Shown here: piece after piece, positions 20,470-30,763 of the stretch
Numbering within the stretch: the first letter of the stretch is position 1
Layout of the letters: every line of letters begins with the position of its first letter
Source: a virus
DNA: 64,000 bases
IMG/VR virus record: IMGVR_UViG_3300035698_004752
Coordinates: 5,704 to 69,703 of that record
Direction: 5' to 3' (one strand)
Notes under the pieces: generated by a model
What the model was told of the DNA's origin: nothing
Database searches by the model: none
What the model saw: only the letters and a program-made list of their open reading frames with translations
Made by a program: the position numbers and the translations under genes

Positions 20470-21297
20470 TTGGTTAGTTCATTTAGAGAGTTTCTAGTTG
20501 AGGAGGAGAAAATTGTCTATTTTACGTTTGGACGAATTAATCCTCCAACTATAGGCCACGGACTTCTTTTTGATAAATTAAGTGCTAAGGCGGGTAGAAA
20601 CAAATATAAGATATATGTATCTCAATCAACGGATCCAAAAAAGAATCCGCTGTCTTATAAAGATAAAATTAAATATGTGCGTAAAATGTTTCCAAAACAT
20701 GCACGTTCGGTTATAATCGAAAAAAAATCAAAGAACGTTTTTGATGTAGCTGTATCATTATATGCTGATGGGTATACAAAAATAGCAATGGTTGTTGGTT
20801 CAGACAGAGTCAACGAATTTAATACGTTGTTAAAGAAGTATAATGGGGTAAAAGCTAGACATGGTTTTTATAATTTTGAAAAAATTATGGTAATATCCGC
20901 TGGAGAAAGAGACCCAGATGCAGAAGGCGCTTCAGGTGCTTCTGCCTCTAAACAAAGATCCTTTGCTTCTAAAAATGATTTTATATCATTCTCCCAAGGG
21001 TTACCAACAAATGTATCAAATGCTGATGCAAAGGGACTATTTAATGCTGTAAGAAAAGGTATGAATCTCAAAGAATCAAACAATTTCAAACAGCATATTG
21101 AAATGAAATCGGTATCAGAATCTAGAGAAAAGTATGTCTGCGGACAACTATTTGAAGAGGGTGATCCTGTTGTTATTAAAGAAACAGACGAAGTAGCAAC
21201 CATTAGTTTTTGTGGTTCTAATTACTTAATCGTAGAAACAGCCCACGGTCATAAGATGCGCAAATGGATCGATGACGTAGAAAAGTTAGAGGAATAA
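20470..21297 (+). CDS. Cytidylyltransferase-like (HIGH nucleotidyltransferase) protein
   Basis: FTFGRINPPTIGH, KNPLSY, MVVGSDRV, SAGERDPD..SAS. Confidence 0.85.
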   Translation: MVSSFREFLVEEEKIVYFTFGRINPPTIGHGLLFDKLSAKAGRNKYKIYVSQSTDPKKNPLSYKDKIKYVRKMFPKHARSVIIEKKSKNVFDVAVSLYADGYTKIAMVVGSDRVNEFNTLLKKYNGVKARHGFYNFEKIMVISAGERDPDAEGASGASASKQRSFASKNDFISFSQGLPTNVSNADAKGLFNAVRKGMNLKESNNFKQHIEMKSVSESREKYVCGQLFEEGDPVVIKETDEVATISFCGSNYLIVETAHGHKMRKWIDDVEKLEE

Positions 21298-21301
21298 AAT
21301 A

Positions 21302-21562
21302 ATGGAATTCTCAGAATTTAGATCACTAAATGAAATGGCAACTCATGCTCAGGAGGCCCAGCACGCTTTAGGTGGACCAACCGACCCAGACAGAAAAGAG
21401 CATGCTGACTATATGAAAAAAACACATAATGTCAAAACTAAGTTTCACGGAAAAGACGATCTTAGTTACCACGGATCAAAAAAGAACGTTAAAAAAGCTT
21501 TGATTAATCATTATGACGATCATGAGACTGCAAAAGAAATGCACCCAGACGCTTTCAAATAG
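21302..21562 (+). CDS. Probable internal head protein
   Basis: MEFSEFRSLNE N-terminus. Confidence 0.55.
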   Translation: MEFSEFRSLNEMATHAQEAQHALGGPTDPDRKEHADYMKKTHNVKTKFHGKDDLSYHGSKKNVKKALINHYDDHETAKEMHPDAFK

Positions 21563-21571
21563 GAAACTCAA

Positions 21572-21772
21572 ATGATAGACATGAAGAAAATAGATAAGAG
21601 AGTTGTTCATATAGTTGATAGCTGTGATACTATACACGAACACCTTAATGATCTATCAGAAGAAATAACATCAGCAGAAAAATTAAACAAAAGATTAGAA
21701 CGAACAGATAAAATAATGGTCATAGGCGCTATAATAATAGCAATACTAATGGCACTACATATTTTCGGATAG
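21572..21772 (+). CDS. Small membrane protein
   Basis: Coiled coil plus C-terminal TM segment. Confidence 0.6.
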   Translation: MIDMKKIDKRVVHIVDSCDTIHEHLNDLSEEITSAEKLNKRLERTDKIMVIGAIIIAILMALHIFG

Positions 21773-21781
21773 GAGAGAATA

Positions 21782-22759
21782 ATGCAAAATGAAGAAAACG
21801 CCGGTCTAACATCCGCTTATATGGAAGTTTTGAACGAGGGCAAAAAGAAATTCAACTTTGACGACAAAGATGATAAAAAGAAGAAAAAAGAAGTCTCTGA
21901 TAAAGATCAGGACGACGACGATGATGACGACCAGGATGATGGCGAAAAAGTCTCCTCCCGCGCAAAGGGTAGAAAAAGAGTGATGGATGAAGCTAAAACA
22001 TTTATAGAAGATACAGAGATTAATGAACTTTCAAAGAAAACCCTCGGCTCTTACATTAATAAGTCATCGAATGACGCTGCTCATTTGAGAGGCCTTAAAA
22101 GAAAAGATTTTGTTTCGGGTAAGGCAGGTGATAAAGGTTATGATAAATCTAAAAATAAAGAATGGAATAGAAAATCCGGAATTTCTACTGCAGTAGGAAA
22201 ACTTACTAAAGAAGAAACTGTAAAAGAATCATATAAAGAAGTCCAAGACCTTTATATTGATAAGCTTGTAGATATCCGCGACGAACTTCATTCACTACTA
22301 GGTAAATTGATCGGTGAGCATGAAGCTGCAGAATCTGCCCAGAAGAAGATTACCGCGATGCATCAAGCAGGTAAGAAACCAAACGAGTCTCTTTATAAAA
22401 AGACCCATGGTAGAATTTACGACGCTAAATATCTTCTAAGAGAACTTGAAACTGCTCGCGACGCAGTACTATCAAAATGTCAACCTGTTAAAGAGAGTAT
22501 GGAAAATGCTGTTGAAGCGCCAGTTGAAACAGTAGCTGAATCCAAACAAACTGATGGAGCATATCCACCAGAGCCATTTGATAGTAAATGGTCAAAGGGT
22601 ACAAAACGTTTCGTGAAAGGTCACGTAATTAAATTTGACGTGGACGGTGAAGACGCTGCTAACAAGACAGCTGCTTCTATTAGAAACAGTATGACTAAGG
22701 GTAAAGCTCGTCCTGGTGATAATACCAATCAGATGTCAGTTGACGCTCCAAAGACTTAA
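21782..22759 (+). CDS. Probable prohead core/internal protein
   Basis: AYMEVLNE, acidic run, INELSKKTLGSY repeat unit. Confidence 0.55.
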   Translation: MQNEENAGLTSAYMEVLNEGKKKFNFDDKDDKKKKKEVSDKDQDDDDDDDQDDGEKVSSRAKGRKRVMDEAKTFIEDTEINELSKKTLGSYINKSSNDAAHLRGLKRKDFVSGKAGDKGYDKSKNKEWNRKSGISTAVGKLTKEETVKESYKEVQDLYIDKLVDIRDELHSLLGKLIGEHEAAESAQKKITAMHQAGKKPNESLYKKTHGRIYDAKYLLRELETARDAVLSKCQPVKESMENAVEAPVETVAESKQTDGAYPPEPFDSKWSKGTKRFVKGHVIKFDVDGEDAANKTAASIRNSMTKGKARPGDNTNQMSVDAPKT

Positions 22760-22802
22760 ATTTCGTCTATAAATAGGAATGAACTTATAAAGGGAATTCA
22801 CT

Positions 22803-23135
22803 ATGGGACGTAAGATTATAAAACCGCCTTATTTCGCCGAGGACGCTATTCCAACACCAGATGGTTGGTCAGTCAACGGCGAAATAGTAGAAAGAAGACC
22901 ATTAACGTGGGACCAGATTAATAATTACATTAATTTTATTAGTGAAGAATTAACTGATGAAGATTATCCCAATTTAACCGTTGAGGAGGTTTTTGGATCC
23001 CCCGAAGACGCTCAGAATTGGTTACGTGTGAGTTATAATAAAATGACTAAAAATGAAATGTTTGAAACTTATGGTATTAATAAGAATCAAACCAAAAATA
23101 AAATGATTGAAGAATTACTAAATGGAATTCACTAA
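22803..23135 (+). CDS. Hypothetical late protein
   Basis: Follows TATAAATA at 22768. Confidence 0.65.
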   Translation: MGRKIIKPPYFAEDAIPTPDGWSVNGEIVERRPLTWDQINNYINFISEELTDEDYPNLTVEEVFGSPEDAQNWLRVSYNKMTKNEMFETYGINKNQTKNKMIEELLNGIH

Positions 23136-23487
23136 ACTTAATGAAGATAATTTTGTATTTTATGCAGCTAATAGTTATTATAAACCAAAACAGCATGACA
23201 TAGAAGATTTTTATGAGGATCTCAAGAGGTTTAAATATCTCAAAAGATTGATTAATCGATATTATGAATCTAAGAATTCCCCCGAGAGATTAATCATTAA
23301 TCATCTGATTGTGATTTTTAATTGTTTTGGTATACCCGCATCATTGAAGATGCTTGAATTTAGATTTGATGATGAACAATGGACGACGCTAAAACCGTTC
23401 CTTCTTCATTTGAAATATATAAAAGAAAACGAATATATGGACGTAAAATTAGATTGGTCTGTTATTGAAGCACTAAGGAAAATGTAA
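23122..23487 (+). CDS. Conserved T4-like hypothetical protein
   Basis: LNEDNF..YA...DFYEDLKRFKYLKRL...ERLIINHLIVIFNCFG. Confidence 0.75.
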   Translation: MEFTKLNEDNFVFYAANSYYKPKQHDIEDFYEDLKRFKYLKRLINRYYESKNSPERLIINHLIVIFNCFGIPASLKMLEFRFDDEQWTTLKPFLLHLKYIKENEYMDVKLDWSVIEALRKM

Positions 23488-24059
23488 TGGGTATTTTATC
23501 AAGAGCAGGAGATTTAGTTTATACCTTTAGATTTCTAAAGCTACTCACCACCGACTTCGATAAAACTGATGCTTTCAAGCTTGGTATTGTCGACAAACAA
23601 GGTAAGAGAATAAGAAAGACCCCGATTTCAACATCTGAAATGAAGTCTGCATATACACCATTCCATAAATTGGTGTTTAACATTAAAAGAATAGTTCCGG
23701 GTAAAAAAGTATCCTCCTATGCAAGTGCATTATTTTTAATGAAGGAAACATTAGATCTTTCTGATGGTTCAGTATTTAAAATAGTTGATCAGTTAGGTCT
23801 GGATTCACTGGATTTTATCTCCGAGGATAGCGAATGGTTCGTTCTTCGTGATGGTATGTTATCTCCAGGAATATATAGAATCACAAATGATAAAATGGTT
23901 AATTCGTCATGCGAAGAAGTAGTTCACAATAAAGATAAAGTGAAGATAGAAGAAAATTCCTATCCAATTGGTAATATGTTTGGATTAAGCATATATGAAG
24001 CCTTACATTTGAACTCAAAACAAAAAATTTACGTAACGGTCGGAGAACTGGTAAAATGA
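23487..24059 (+). CDS. Conserved T4-like hypothetical protein
   Basis: YTFRFLKLLTT...AFKLGIVD...AYTPFHKLVFNIKR. Confidence 0.75.
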   Translation: MGILSRAGDLVYTFRFLKLLTTDFDKTDAFKLGIVDKQGKRIRKTPISTSEMKSAYTPFHKLVFNIKRIVPGKKVSSYASALFLMKETLDLSDGSVFKIVDQLGLDSLDFISEDSEWFVLRDGMLSPGIYRITNDKMVNSSCEEVVHNKDKVKIEENSYPIGNMFGLSIYEALHLNSKQKIYVTVGELVK

Positions 24060-25051
24060 AGAAATTTAAAGATTTTATTGAATTGGACGAGCTTTCTGTT
24101 AAAAAGCTTCTTAAGTATGGTAAAGCGGCACATAAAGATATCGATAATCAGATGAATAATCGAGATGATAAGAAGGTTATGAATCGAGTAAAGGGTAAGA
24201 AATTAGCAGGTAAGAAAATCCTGGGAGGTGCAAAAGTAGCAGGTCGAAATTTCATAAAGAATGAAGAAACGGTGAATGAACTTTCAAAAGGCACTCTTAG
24301 AAAATACTTTACTGGAAGTTATAATGATTCAACTGAACGTCGCGGCAAGACGAAGGATACTAGAGATATATCGGCTGCTGACAAGAAAAAAGAAGCTTCA
24401 CGTAATAAATACAGAACTATAGCTGCTAGAAAGATATCACCTAAACCTAAGTCTGTCTCCGCTAAGGGTGCAGCCGGTAAAGCCAAGTATCAGTTTAAAA
24501 AGGATACTGAAACTAACGAATCTGTTGATATCCAAGAGTTATCGTCTAAAACGCTCGCTAATTATATTACAAAATCAAAGAACGATTCTAGCACGCAATA
24601 CAGAAAATTCAATAATGCGGCTGGAAAGAGTTACGGTAGCAAAGACGCACTCAGACGACAGCACAGTCGCGACGCGGGTAGCAAAGTAGCGATGAAAAAG
24701 TTGAACAAGAAAGACCCTGGCGAAACAGATAAAGCTACATCTAAGTATCCTCATTCAGACAACGATACGCGCAAAGTAGCTAAACATGCTACACCCGGCA
24801 TTGAGAACCAACGTATTAAGCGTCCGAAGGGTTATAATAAGAAGACTAATGAATCCGTTGAGATCCAAGAATTATCAGCACCCAAACTTGCAGATTATTC
24901 AGCTGCTTCACGTAACGACGCGCTAGATCATTCTCGATTCCGCAAAAGAAATACAACCCCTGCCGACGAGAAACGTGTTAAGAAGCGCATGAAGGGTGAT
25001 AAGTTAGCAGGTAAGAAATTAGACCGCATTTACAAAAGTTTAGGAAAATGA
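24056..25051 (+). CDS. Basic repeat protein, probable internal head polyprotein
   Basis: MKKFKDFIE start; four xxELSxxxLxxY repeats. Confidence 0.65.
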   Translation: MKKFKDFIELDELSVKKLLKYGKAAHKDIDNQMNNRDDKKVMNRVKGKKLAGKKILGGAKVAGRNFIKNEETVNELSKGTLRKYFTGSYNDSTERRGKTKDTRDISAADKKKEASRNKYRTIAARKISPKPKSVSAKGAAGKAKYQFKKDTETNESVDIQELSSKTLANYITKSKNDSSTQYRKFNNAAGKSYGSKDALRRQHSRDAGSKVAMKKLNKKDPGETDKATSKYPHSDNDTRKVAKHATPGIENQRIKRPKGYNKKTNESVEIQELSAPKLADYSAASRNDALDHSRFRKRNTTPADEKRVKKRMKGDKLAGKKLDRIYKSLGK

Positions 25052-25473
25052 TAACATTTAAGACCTTCACCGAAAAAGTAGATCCTGCTCTTATTAAAAA
25101 AATTAATGCTAGAGCTTCTGAATTATTTTGGAAGAATCTTCTAGCTCATATGGATAAACTTGTCAAAAAGGGTGGTACTAGACATTCACTAGGCACATAT
25201 GCTGCTGATACTCTAAGAGTGTTTAATGTTCCTGGTATGAAGGCAAAAGATGTTGCCCTAAAATATCAAGAAATGTACGAATCCACACATCCACTTACAG
25301 ATGCAGATCTTGAGATCCTAAGAGAAAATGCAATAGGAGCTCCAGCAAACAGCGTTTCTGCAAAGGGTGTAAGTATGGCACCATCCGCTGGTAAGAAACA
25401 TGGAATCATTGTGATGGATAGAAGATTGAGAAAATCAGCTAGACTACTTAAAAAATATAGAATACCCACATAA
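25048..25473 (+). CDS. Probable internal head protein
   Basis: MITFKTFTE start; LRE-NAIGAPANSV. Confidence 0.55.
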   Translation: MITFKTFTEKVDPALIKKINARASELFWKNLLAHMDKLVKKGGTRHSLGTYAADTLRVFNVPGMKAKDVALKYQEMYESTHPLTDADLEILRENAIGAPANSVSAKGVSMAPSAGKKHGIIVMDRRLRKSARLLKKYRIPT

Positions 25474-25515
25474 GGGGTTTACATTATCCCTATTATACGA
25501 TAGAATTGAGATATA

Positions 25516-25890
25516 ATGAAGATTTATATTTATTTAGTAATTATTGGTATCTTGGCCGGAGCAGGTTATGGTGCATATTATTATTACACAGACACACAAG
25601 AAAGAATAGAATTATTGGTAGCAGACAAGGCTACTCTTAATGGTGTTGTGACAGCTCAAACTGCAACTCTTGGTCAAATTGAAATTGATAGAGAAGCTAG
25701 AAACTTACTTCTAAATGAGCTTCAGCAAGATCTTTTAAGTAAAGAGAAAAGTATTTCTCGACTAAGAACTATTCTTGCTGATCACGATTTAACAGCACTC
25801 AGTTTGGCCAAACCCGGACTTATAGAGAATAGGATAAATAATGCTACTCAAAGTCTTTTTGATAGTATTGAGCTCGACACTGCTAATTAG
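25516..25890 (+). CDS. Inner-membrane spanin (Rz-like)
   Basis: N-terminal TM, coiled coil, AKPGLIENRIN; overlaps lipoprotein gene. Confidence 0.8.
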   Translation: MKIYIYLVIIGILAGAGYGAYYYYTDTQERIELLVADKATLNGVVTAQTATLGQIEIDREARNLLLNELQQDLLSKEKSISRLRTILADHDLTALSLAKPGLIENRINNATQSLFDSIELDTAN

Positions 25891-26191
25891 TTGTGCTCGT
25901 AAAGATGCTCCAATACAAACACAAATAGAATTCATTGAAAAGGATATTCCTATCCAGGAACGTCCTCGTCAAGTTGAACTTCAGGATGTTACCTTTTACG
26001 TGGTTACAGCAGATAACCTCGATGAATTTATAGAAAAGTTTCAGAATGAAAACGGGGTATTAGTATTTTATGCAATATCCGTAAGAGGGTACGAATCTAT
26101 GGCCCTAAATATAGAAGAGCTCAGAAGGTATATCCTACAGTCTGGGTCGTTAATAACATATTACGAAAATTCAATTAATGGAGAGATCTGA
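25841..26191 (+). CDS. Outer-membrane spanin (Rz1-like lipoprotein)
   Basis: Lipobox LLISC; overlaps i-spanin 3' end. Confidence 0.8.
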   Translation: MLLKVFLIVLSSTLLISCARKDAPIQTQIEFIEKDIPIQERPRQVELQDVTFYVVTADNLDEFIEKFQNENGVLVFYAISVRGYESMALNIEELRRYILQSGSLITYYENSINGEI

Positions 26192-26386
26192 TGGAAGAAG
26201 TAAAAGCTGCTTGGAACAAATTTGTTGCAAATAAAAAGTGGGTTACTCTTGCCGTTATTGCTGTGGTTGCCATAGTAATAATTGCGTTGTAACCTGTAAC
26301 GTAGTTCACAAACTATAATTGGTTGGGACGATATATAGTATCACCCAACCATAAAAACAATACGAAAATTTAAAGGAACTATTTGT

Positions 26387-28600
26387 ATGCAAACAAAAAC
26401 GTTTGTCGACACCAGAGAACTTATGTCTGAAGCAAAGTTTTTCGACGGTTATTCAAGATTCGACGATGAATTAGAACGATATGAAATGTGGGATGAGTCG
26501 GTAGACCGCGTCATGCAAATGCATAGAGAATATTATCCTAATCAAAATAATTCACTAGAAGTTTTCCTACAGGAAGCGACAGTGGCTTATAAAGAACAAA
26601 GAGTACTCGGTGCTCAAAGAGCCCTCCAGTTTGGCGGAGCGCAAATTCTCAAACACCAAATGAAGATGTACAACTGCACCAGTTCTTATGCTGATCGTGC
26701 AGAATTTTTTGGGGAAATCTTTTATATACTTCTTTGTGGTGCTGGAGCAGGATTTTCCGTTCAGACACATCACATTGCAAGATTACCAAAAATTGCACCA
26801 AGAACAAAAATGGCTAAGATCCATGTTATCAGTGATGATATTGAAGGATGGGCGGAGGCAGTTGATGTTCTCATGTCATCTTATTTTGTAGGTGGCGGCA
26901 AACATCCAGATTTTGAAGGACGCCGTGTATTCTTCGACACCACAAATATTAGACCAAAAGGCGCAGAAATTTCCGGTGGGTTCAAAGCACCAGGACCGGA
27001 TGGTCTACGTTTAGCCCTTGATAGGATTGAGCACTTAATTCAAAGACTCATTCTTGCGGGAGAAACCATTCTTAAATCCGTAGACGTATATGACATTGTG
27101 ATGCACATTGCAGACGCAGTTCTTTCTGGCGGCGTTCGTCGTTCAGCAACTATCTGCTTGTTCTCTGCTGGTGATATTCTAATGATGAAAGCTAAAACTG
27201 GTAATTGGCTTATCGAACACCCGCATCGCGCGCGATCAAATAACTCTGCTGTCATTGTTCGATCCGAAACGACATTTGAACAATTTAAAGAAATTATGAA
27301 AAATGTTAGAGAATTCGGCGAACCGGGATTTGTGTTTGTAGACTCAACAGAACATTCAACTAATCCATGCGTTGAGATTGGTATGTTCCCTCAGATTGAT
27401 GGTGAATCTGGTTGGCAAGGGTGTAATCTTACAGAAATCAATGGTGGTCTATGTAACACCGAAGAAGACTTCTATAAGGCTTGTAGAGCAAGCGCAATTC
27501 TAGGTACTCTTCAAGCTGGATATACAGATTTCAAATTTCTTACACCCACTACAAGAGAGATCTTTGAACGCGAGGCACTTATTGGTTGCTCGATCACAGG
27601 TTGGATGAATAATCCAAAAGTTCTATTCGATAAAAATGTACTTCGTAAGGGTGCAAGAATTATTAAAGCTGTTAATAAAGAAATTGCAGCACTTATAGGA
27701 ATCAATCCAGCAGCAAGAACAACATGCGTTAAGCCTTCAGGTAATGCATCTGTTCTACTAAAAACTGCATCAGGTATTCACGCAGAACATTCTGCAAGAT
27801 ATATCCGTAACGTTACCCTTACAAAAGATTCTGAAGTCACTCAGGCTATCATGAAATCAAATCCGTATATGGTTGAGGATTCAGTTTCCTCAGCACTGGG
27901 CACGGATGTTATTGTTTCTTTCCCAATTATACCAAATAAAGGCTCAGTTTACAAAGACGATTTGCTTGGTGTAGATCACCTTGAAAAGGTTAAATTGGTC
28001 CAGAAATACTGGGTAGAAGAAGGTACTAATCCTGAACTTTGCGCAGATCCGGGTATACGTCATAATGTTTCCAATACCATCATCGTTGATGATTGGGACG
28101 CAGTAGAGAAATACGTATTTCAGAACAGAAACCATTTTGCTGGTATTTCGTTCATGGCTCAATATGGCGATAAGGCATTTAACCAAGCTCCAAATACAGA
28201 GGTAATTTCTGCCAAGGAAATGCTCAAAAGATATGGGGAGGGGTCTATTTTCGCTTCAGGTCTAATTGTAGATGGTCTAAATGCATTCGATAATCTCTGG
28301 GTCGCGTGTTCAACTGCTCAGGGTAATGGTCAAGATCTAGATCTTGAAAGTACTACGAATGCTCTTAAAAGAGATTGGGTACGTAGGTTTGGTAACTTCG
28401 CGATTAACTACCTTGGTGGAGACGAAAAAGAGGCAGAAATGTGTCTTAAGGATGTATATCTTCTACATAAATGGAATAAAATACAAACTAACTTTGTCCC
28501 GGTTAATTGGGCTGAAGATTTGACCGAAAAAAGATTCATAGATATTGATACACTAGGCGCGATTGCTTGCGCTGGCGGTGCATGTGAAATAGATTTTTAG
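26387..28600 (+). CDS. nrdJ: Class II (adenosylcobalamin-dependent) ribonucleotide reductase
   Basis: MYNCT, SGGVRRSA, TNPCVEI, CNLTEIN, CVKPSG, C-terminal CAGGACEIDF; no beta subunit adjacent. Confidence 0.88.
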   Translation: MQTKTFVDTRELMSEAKFFDGYSRFDDELERYEMWDESVDRVMQMHREYYPNQNNSLEVFLQEATVAYKEQRVLGAQRALQFGGAQILKHQMKMYNCTSSYADRAEFFGEIFYILLCGAGAGFSVQTHHIARLPKIAPRTKMAKIHVISDDIEGWAEAVDVLMSSYFVGGGKHPDFEGRRVFFDTTNIRPKGAEISGGFKAPGPDGLRLALDRIEHLIQRLILAGETILKSVDVYDIVMHIADAVLSGGVRRSATICLFSAGDILMMKAKTGNWLIEHPHRARSNNSAVIVRSETTFEQFKEIMKNVREFGEPGFVFVDSTEHSTNPCVEIGMFPQIDGESGWQGCNLTEINGGLCNTEEDFYKACRASAILGTLQAGYTDFKFLTPTTREIFEREALIGCSITGWMNNPKVLFDKNVLRKGARIIKAVNKEIAALIGINPAARTTCVKPSGNASVLLKTASGIHAEHSARYIRNVTLTKDSEVTQAIMKSNPYMVEDSVSSALGTDVIVSFPIIPNKGSVYKDDLLGVDHLEKVKLVQKYWVEEGTNPELCADPGIRHNVSNTIIVDDWDAVEKYVFQNRNHFAGISFMAQYGDKAFNQAPNTEVISAKEMLKRYGEGSIFASGLIVDGLNAFDNLWVACSTAQGNGQDLDLESTTNALKRDWVRRFGNFAINYLGGDEKEAEMCLKDVYLLHKWNKIQTNFVPVNWAEDLTEKRFIDIDTLGAIACAGGACEIDF

Positions 28601-28608
28601 GAACAAAT

Positions 28609-28749
28609 ATGTTAATATTTCAAGTAGAATGTGAGTGTACAGAAGAGAAAATAATCATTCATCTTGGTGATGATGATTTAGAACCCGAATTTTGTCCACT
28701 ATGCGCTTTAGAAATAAATGCAGAACTTATCGAATCTTCTGACGAGTAA
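28609..28749 (+). CDS. Small Zn-ribbon protein (not in ORF track)
   Basis: MLIFQVECEC...EFCPLC...*. Confidence 0.55.
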   Translation: MLIFQVECECTEEKIIIHLGDDDLEPEFCPLCALEINAELIESSDE

Positions 28750-28800
28750 CGTTGCCCATATATAGCATTGTAAGCTATAAGGTAACAAGAAAGCAACGTT

Positions 28801-29226
28801 ATGTGGATTTATGAAGATAAAGAATTTAAGCCAACCGAGGACTTATTGAAGTCTTTGGTTGGTTTTGTGTATGAAGTGAAGGATCTTGAAAACGGCATGA
28901 AATATGTCGGTAAGAAAAGATTTTGGTCACATAAAAGACTCCCTCCCTTAAAAGGTATGAAAAGAAAACGCCTCAAGATCACAGAATCTGATTGGCAAAA
29001 ATATCACGGGTCAAGCGAACTCGTTAAGTCGATATTAAAGGAACATGGTGAATCCAGATTCAGCCGCGAGATCCTTAGATTGTGTACTTCGAAGGGTGAG
29101 ATGAATTACTATGAAATGAAGGTACAGGTTGAGAGAGATGTACTTCTAAAACCAAATGAATACTATAATGCCTTCGTTGGGGGTAAGATTCATCGGATGC
29201 ATTTGTCTCATTTATTCTTAGACTAG
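28801..29226 (+). CDS. GIY-YIG family endonuclease-like protein
   Basis: GFVY...MKYVGKK...YHGSS...FSREIL...YYN. Confidence 0.75.
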   Translation: MWIYEDKEFKPTEDLLKSLVGFVYEVKDLENGMKYVGKKRFWSHKRLPPLKGMKRKRLKITESDWQKYHGSSELVKSILKEHGESRFSREILRLCTSKGEMNYYEMKVQVERDVLLKPNEYYNAFVGGKIHRMHLSHLFLD

Positions 29227-29275
29227 GGTTTACGTCTCGGTTAAACTGTGATATAATACGTTTAAGGAGAACAAA

Positions 29276-29725
29276 ATGACAGATCCATTATTCGACGATA
29301 TGATTACCAGTTTTAGTGGAGATTATAGATTTTTATCTAATTTCTGTCCTGCCCAGGTTTACTTTGATGAAATCCATTTCAGTTCTGTAGAACATGCTTA
29401 TGTCGCATCAAAAACTTTAGACCCCTCTGAACGAATTAAAATTTCCCTTATAGACTCACCCGGACAAGCAAAAAGATATGGTAGAAAATTAGAATTACGT
29501 TCTGATTGGGATTTTGTAAAACATAGCTTTATGAAAGATTTTGTACGTCAAAAATTTCTTGACACCGGACTTTTAATGATGCTGCTTGAAACTGGCGATA
29601 GAGAATTAATCGAAGGAAATACTTGGGGCGATACCTACTGGGGTCAATCCCCAGTTGGCGTTGGCGAAAATAATCTTGGTAAAATTCTCATGAATATAAG
29701 AGGACGATGGAATGAGCGATTCTGA
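29276..29725 (+). CDS. NADAR (YbiA) family protein
   Basis: FLSNF, SVEHAY, AKRYGR, RQKF, LLETGDRELIEGN-WGD-YWG, GENNLGKILM. Confidence 0.92.
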   Translation: MTDPLFDDMITSFSGDYRFLSNFCPAQVYFDEIHFSSVEHAYVASKTLDPSERIKISLIDSPGQAKRYGRKLELRSDWDFVKHSFMKDFVRQKFLDTGLLMMLLETGDRELIEGNTWGDTYWGQSPVGVGENNLGKILMNIRGRWNERF

Positions 29726-29890
29726 TACAATGATGAAGGAAGAACGAGATTTCTTCCCATTAGTTATTTTTGTGAGAATGGGTGGTTACCTTAGACCCTA
29801 TATCAAAAGAATGTATTTAGACGAAAGACATAAGTGGAAACCCTCTGATGCCAAACTGGTAGCAGACTTTGTAAATTATGAAAGCATTAG

Positions 29891-30763
29891 ATGATTTTAA
29901 TCGACTTTAATAGCGTAGCAATTAATGTAATTACTGCGGCAAAAATACCCATTCAAGAAGACCTAATGCGTCATCTAATTCTAGACACATTACGTCGTCA
30001 TAGATCCAAATACACATCAAAATATGGTGAACTTGTAATTTGTTGCGATGCGAGAGCTAACTGGCGCAGAGAGAAATTCCCGGAATATAAGGGAAAACGA
30101 AAAGAAAATAGAGATAAACACCCGATGGATTGGGATTCTCTGTGGAAAATTCTAGAACAACTTTTAGTAGAAATTGAAGAAAACTTCCCTTATAAAATAA
30201 TTCGAGTTCATTCGGCAGAAGCTGATGACGTTATTGGTGAGTTGGCTAGATACACACAAGAATTCGGTCAATGGGAAGATATTATGATTATCTCCGCTGA
30301 TAAAGATTTCGCCCAGCTACAGAAGTTTAAAAATGTAGCTCAATACTCCCCAATGGCAAAGGGTCTCGTTAAAGAAAAAGATCCTCATAAATTCTTATTC
30401 GAGCACGTACTAAGAGGTGACACTGGCGACGGCGTTCCTAATTTCTTATCCCCCGATCGTTGCTTCATTGATGGTATTAGACAAACAACCCTATACCAGA
30501 AACGTGTAGATGCTATCATGGGAGCGTGTAAGTATCGAGATACTGATGCTCTGAAAGAACATTTAACCGAGGAAGAATTACGAAATTACTTTAGAAATCG
30601 CACAATGATCGATTTAGACGAGACACCCGAGTCTCTAAAAAAAGAAATTATAAATACATTCGAGAGCAAAGATCCCTCAAAAAATAAAAGAAAGGTGTTT
30701 GGTTATCTTATCAAACATCGCTGCAATAAATTATTAGAAAACGTACAGGAGTTTACAGTATAA
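29891..30763 (+). CDS. rnh: T4 RNase H (5'-3' exonuclease)
   Basis: MILIDF, WRREKFPEYK, AEADDVI, ISADKDFAQLQ, GDTGDGVPN. Confidence 0.93.
   Translation: MILIDFNSVAINVITAAKIPIQEDLMRHLILDTLRRHRSKYTSKYGELVICCDARANWRREKFPEYKGKRKENRDKHPMDWDSLWKILEQLLVEIEENFPYKIIRVHSAEADDVIGELARYTQEFGQWEDIMIISADKDFAQLQKFKNVAQYSPMAKGLVKEKDPHKFLFEHVLRGDTGDGVPNFLSPDRCFIDGIRQTTLYQKRVDAIMGACKYRDTDALKEHLTEEELRNYFRNRTMIDLDETPESLKKEIINTFESKDPSKNKRKVFGYLIKHRCNKLLENVQEFTV

Noticed and set aside
26290-26386. Cobalamin riboswitch before nrdJ
   Set aside because: Intergenic space is short and lacks a recognisable B12 box
12-28600. Inteins or introns in gp41, thyX or nrdJ
   Set aside because: Normal lengths, uninterrupted frames, no intein terminal motifs
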